Source: Candidatus Multivorans sp.
Lineage (GTDB): Bacteria > Acidobacteriota > Thermoanaerobaculia > Multivoradales > Multivoraceae
Direction of reading: 5' to 3'
Length of the DNA: 64,000 nucleotides
Assembly: GCA_965247095.1 (NCBI GenBank)
Contig: OZ251997.1
Location: forward strand, 3,104,001 to 3,168,000
How positions within the stretch are numbered: the first letter of the stretch is position 1; each line of letters begins with the position of its first letter. Of the stretch, positions 60,366 through 64,000 are shown piece by piece. The position numbers and the translations under genes were made by a program. The notes beneath the pieces were generated by a model. The model was given only the letters and a program-made list of their open reading frames with translations. It ran no database searches and had not been told where the DNA came from.

Positions 60366-61078
60366 CCGCGCTGTCGGTGAACATCGACCACGTCGCCACC
60401 GTGCGGCAGGCGCGCCTGGTGGGCTATCCGGACCCGGTCGAGGCGGCGCGGCTCGCCGAGGAGGCGGGAGCGTTCGGCATCACGGTGCATCTCCGCCAGG
60501 ACCGCCGCCACATCCAGGATCAGGACGTCGTCCTTCTCCGGCAGACGGTCGGCGGCCGGCTCAACCTCGAGATCGCGTCGGAAGAACCGATGCTGGAATT
60601 CGCCGAGCGCGTCGGCCCGCATCAGGTCACGCTGGTTCCGGAGCGCCCGGACGAGGTCACCACCGAGGGCGGCCTCGACCTGATCGGACGCGGCGACCAG
60701 GTGCGGAGCGCCGCGAAGCGTCTCGTCGCCGCCGGCATCCGGGTCTCCGTCTTCGTCGATCCGGCTCTCGACCAGATCGCGGCGCTCGACGACCAGGACG
60801 ACGTCACCGGCTTCGAGTTGAACACCGACGCCTACACCCGGGCCTCGGGCGCCGTTACTGTCGCCGAGTTCGCGAAGATCGAGGACGCCGCCGAGCGCGG
60901 CCTGGCCGCGGGCCGGGAGGCGTACGCCGGACATGGCCTGACCGTGGCCAATGTCGGCCCGGTGGCGACACTCGCCGGCATCAGCGAACTGAACGTCGGC
61001 CACTCGATCGTCTCGCGGGCGGTGCTGATCGGCATGACCGCTGCGGTGAGGGAGATGTTGGCGGCGATGCGGGCCTAG
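60362..61078 (+). CDS. pdxJ: Pyridoxine 5'-phosphate synthase
   Basis: LSVNIDHVATVRQAR, GITVHLRQDRRHI, VTLVPE, AGHGL, ELNVGHSIVSRA. Confidence 0.95.
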
Positions 61079-61100
61079 GAGACTGCGCGGCAGAACGACC

Positions 61101-61139
61101 GGAGGCCGGCGCTTCGCGCCGGATGCCCGCGTTCCCAGG
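61101..61139 (+). repeat. Partial REP-like composite (similar to 35591-35640)
   Basis: GGAGGCCGGCGCTTCGCGCCGGATGCCCGCGTTCCCAGG. Confidence 0.7.
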
Positions 61140-61223
61140 TCAGATCGTTCTACCGCGAAGCTTTGCATGGAACAAGCCATGTTTCCTGTGCGTCAGCGCG
61201 GCGCGGACGCCGCGACTCGACTC

Positions 61224-62591
61224 CTAGCCGAGTTCGGCCTCGATGACGCTGGCGATGCGGTCGCAAAGGTCCTCGATCTGTTGCTGGTCGGGGCCCTCGA
61301 TCATCACTCGGGCGAGCGGCTCGGTGCCGCTGTAGCGCAACAGGACGCGGCCGGAGGATCCGAGTTCCCGTTCCGCGGAGGCGACTGCGTCGGATAGAGC
61401 GGGCACGGTCGCAAGCGGCAGCTTCTCGCGCACGGCGACGTTGCGCAGGGTCTGCGGAAAGCGCTGGAAGCCGGCCGCCAGATCGGCGAGCGAGCGGCCG
61501 GATGAGGAGACGATCCCGGCCGCGGCGGCGGCGGTGAGCAGGCCGTCGCCCGTGGTCGCGAGGTTCAGGTCGAGCAGGTGGCCGGATTGCTCGCCGCCGA
61601 GCCGGATTCCCTCGCGGCGCATCGTCGCGGCGACCTCGCGGTCGCCGATGCCGCAGCGCAGCACCTCGACGCCGTGGCGCTCCAGCGCGCGCTCCAGCCC
61701 CATGTTCGACATCGTCGTCGCGACGATCCGCCGGCCGGGAAGTTCGTCCCGGGCCGCGAGGTGGGACGCCCAGACGTACAGCAGAACGTCGCCGTCGCAG
61801 ATGTGGCCGAGGTGATCGGAGAGGATGGCCCGATCCGCGTCGCCGTCGAGGGCCGCGCCGAGGTCGCTGCCGGTCTCGCGGGTGAAGGCGACAATCCGGT
61901 CGGTGCAGGTCGAACCGCAGTCCCGGTTGATGTTGCGGCCGTCGGGACGGTCGCAGGTGACGCGGCAGTCCGCCCCCAGAGCTCGGAACAGCCGTCCGGC
62001 GTGCGGCGCCGCGGCGCCGTTCGCGGCGTCGATGGCCACCCGAACGCCGTCGAGAGGACGGCCTCCCGGCAGCGAGGCCCACAGGTGATCCAGGTACCGG
62101 TCCGCGAGGCCGGCTTCTTCCGCGAGTCCAGCGGCCTGGCCGTGATCCTCCCACGGGACGCCCGCGTCCGCGCCGCCCGCGATCCGGTCTTCGATCGCCC
62201 GCTCGACCGAGGGGTCGACCTTGAAGCCGTCGGCCCCGATCAACTTGACGCCGTTGTCCGCGGAGGGATTGTGGCTGGCGGAGACGACGATGCCGCCCAT
62301 CGCGCCCAGTTCGGTGACCAGGAAGGCGACCGCGGGCGTGGGCACGATGCCGGCCGAACGCACATCGGCGCCCGCGGCGCGAACGGCGGCTGCAAGCCAG
62401 CCGGCAATCTCCTCCCGGCTGTCGCGGGTGTCGCCGCCGAGAATCAGAAGCGGCCGCGAGCCTGCCGGCGGCGCCGGCGGCAGGCTGAGGCGGGCAAACC
62501 AGTAACCGACCGCCTGGACGGTCGACCGGTCGAGCGGCGGCGTTCCGAAGACGGCCCGCATGCCGTCGGTGCCGAAGAGTCCCGCGCTCAA
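61224..62591 (-). CDS. glmM: Phosphoglucosamine mutase
   Basis: FGTDGMR, VSASHNP, DGDADR, GGEQSGH, RYSGTEP. Confidence 0.95.
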   Translation of the reverse strand: MSAGLFGTDGMRAVFGTPPLDRSTVQAVGYWFARLSLPPAPPAGSRPLLILGGDTRDSREEIAGWLAAAVRAAGADVRSAGIVPTPAVAFLVTELGAMGGIVVSASHNPSADNGVKLIGADGFKVDPSVERAIEDRIAGGADAGVPWEDHGQAAGLAEEAGLADRYLDHLWASLPGGRPLDGVRVAIDAANGAAAPHAGRLFRALGADCRVTCDRPDGRNINRDCGSTCTDRIVAFTRETGSDLGAALDGDADRAILSDHLGHICDGDVLLYVWASHLAARDELPGRRIVATTMSNMGLERALERHGVEVLRCGIGDREVAATMRREGIRLGGEQSGHLLDLNLATTGDGLLTAAAAAGIVSSSGRSLADLAAGFQRFPQTLRNVAVREKLPLATVPALSDAVASAERELGSSGRVLLRYSGTEPLARVMIEGPDQQQIEDLCDRIASVIEAELG

Positions 62592-63343
62592 GAACCTGCG
62601 CCGGACTGCGGCTGGCGTCCCTGGGTCATCGGCACTTCCACCCTCACGAAGGTTGGGAATTCGACCACGACGTGTTCGCTCTCGAAGCGCACGCGCGCCT
62701 GTTCTTCGACGAATCCGAGACCACGGCCATCGATGTCGATCGGCCCCGCCAGCGCATACCCCAACCTGTTGACCTCCGAGCGCGACCCCCGGACCGTGGC
62801 CAGGCGCGGCTCGATCCGCACATTGCCGTAGTCGACGCTGAAGCCGCCGATCGGTTCGCCTCTCCAGTCGACCTGTACCGGCACCTGAACCGAGATCTCC
62901 TCGTCGAGGGTCAGGGTCAACTGCTCGGGCGTGAGCGACACCACCTCGATGCCCTCCGCGTCCTCGGGGAGCACGACATTCTCCGTACTCAGAATGACGT
63001 CGACCTGTCGCGGGCCGCCGTACGTCGCGCCGCCGAAGAGGTTCTCTCCGAGCGGCACCCGGACCCGGATCTGATCCCGGTTCAGGGAGGCGATCGCGTC
63101 CTCGCTGCCCCGGATCAGAACGAAGAGCTCCTCCCTGGGATCTTCGGGCGAGCCGAGGATCGGCGAACCCAGGACCACCATCTGGTCGTGATCCTCCGTC
63201 GTGACCCGCGCCGGAACACTGTCCTCGACCGGCGGCACGGTCATCTCCTCCAGGCGGGGACAGAAGGAGGCCGGCAGCCAGATGCCGACCGCGATCGAGA
63301 CGGCAAGAGCCCGAAAGGCCCAGCGGTTGCGGCTCTCGTTCAT
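62588..63343 (-). CDS. cdaR: CdaR/YbbR-like regulator
   Basis: N-terminal TM, YbbR-like repeats (IRGSE, IEPRLATVRGS); lies between cdaA and glmM. Confidence 0.75.
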   Translation of the reverse strand: MNESRNRWAFRALAVSIAVGIWLPASFCPRLEEMTVPPVEDSVPARVTTEDHDQMVVLGSPILGSPEDPREELFVLIRGSEDAIASLNRDQIRVRVPLGENLFGGATYGGPRQVDVILSTENVVLPEDAEGIEVVSLTPEQLTLTLDEEISVQVPVQVDWRGEPIGGFSVDYGNVRIEPRLATVRGSRSEVNRLGYALAGPIDIDGRGLGFVEEQARVRFESEHVVVEFPTFVRVEVPMTQGRQPQSGAGS

Positions 63344-64000
63344 CAGCCCCCCTGAGCCAGCAGCAACTCGAAGAGTCGGTTGCGCAGTTCCCGCATGGTC
63401 AGATCGCCGCTCAGGCGACCCTCATGCGCGATCGAAACTCTGCCGTTCTCCTCCGAGACGACGACCACCACGGCGTCGTTCACCTCGGTGATGCCGATCG
63501 CAGCCCGGTGCCGCGTGCCGTGCTCGATCGAGACGCTGGCGCTGGTGGTCAGGGGCAGGAAGCACGCGGCGGCGGCGACCCGATCCTTCTGCACGATCAC
63601 GGCGCCGTCGTGGAGCGGCGTGCCGCGGGCGAAGATCGTCAGCAGCAGGTCGTAGGAGATCGAGGCGTCGAGCACGATGCCGTTCTCCACGTAGTCCCGC
63701 AGGCCGTCCACCCGTTCGATGACGATCAGGGCGCCCAGCCGTCGCAGGGACAGCGCCTGCGCCGCGAGCACGATCTCGTGGATCCCGGACTCCGGCGTCT
63801 GATCGCTCATCAGGCGCAGCAACGGGTTGCGACCGACCCGGCCGAGGGCGCTTCGGATCTGGTTCTGGAACAGGACCACGATGACCACCGGCAGCACGGG
63901 CAGCAGGTAGTTCAGCGAAGCCTCCAGCGTACGCAGCCTCACGGCCGCGGCGATCCACGCCGCTCCCAGCAGGACCAGGATGCCGAGCACGATCCGCATG
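63343..64000 (-). CDS. cdaA: Diadenylate cyclase CdaA (5' end outside window)
   Basis: TM helices, VLFQNQIRSAL, GALIVIER, TPLHDGAV, GTRHRAAIG, VSEENG. Confidence 0.93.
   Translation of the reverse strand, partial: MRIVLGILVLLGAAWIAAAVRLRTLEASLNYLLPVLPVVIVVLFQNQIRSALGRVGRNPLLRLMSDQTPESGIHEIVLAAQALSLRRLGALIVIERVDGLRDYVENGIVLDASISYDLLLTIFARGTPLHDGAVIVQKDRVAAAACFLPLTTSASVSIEHGTRHRAAIGITEVNDAVVVVVSEENGRVSIAHEGRLSGDLTMRELRNRLFELLLAQGG

Overview
High-GC (by eye about 70%) bacterial chromosome segment. It is most likely Acidobacteriota (Thermoanaerobaculia-like), inferred from an Oar-type TonB receptor, a VWFA-related acidobacterial protein and a repeated 'WFF..N.E..VKVLDGC..NG..WVF' C-terminal domain. 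A sterol methyltransferase relic hints at a marine or sponge-associated lifestyle. Housekeeping content: an attenuator-controlled ilvE-ilvB-ilvN-ilvC-leuA operon, cimA, ilvD, gcvP, gdhA, fdhD plus a FdhF/YdeP oxidoreductase, ligA, an NtrC-family regulator with pdxJ, and cdaA-cdaR-glmM. The most striking observation is an exported FG-GAP/ASPIC-UnbV/thioredoxin/TPR gene (26257-30555) split by a single in-frame UGA that is followed by a hairpin resembling the E. coli fdhF SECIS. This makes it a candidate 1432-aa selenoprotein. Other notable items: a REP-like palindrome family inserted in frame into several proteins; an unannotated Leu/Val/Ile leader peptide with attenuator; an IS4 nested inside another IS4 between two truncated genes; an internally deleted sterol C24-methyltransferase; an msbA-FAAL-ACP-DUF374 (LpxJ-like) operon; a Tat-lipoprotein aminotransferase opposite a TonB receptor; and three secreted paralogs sharing a C-terminal domain. 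All calls come from motif recognition only, with no database searches.
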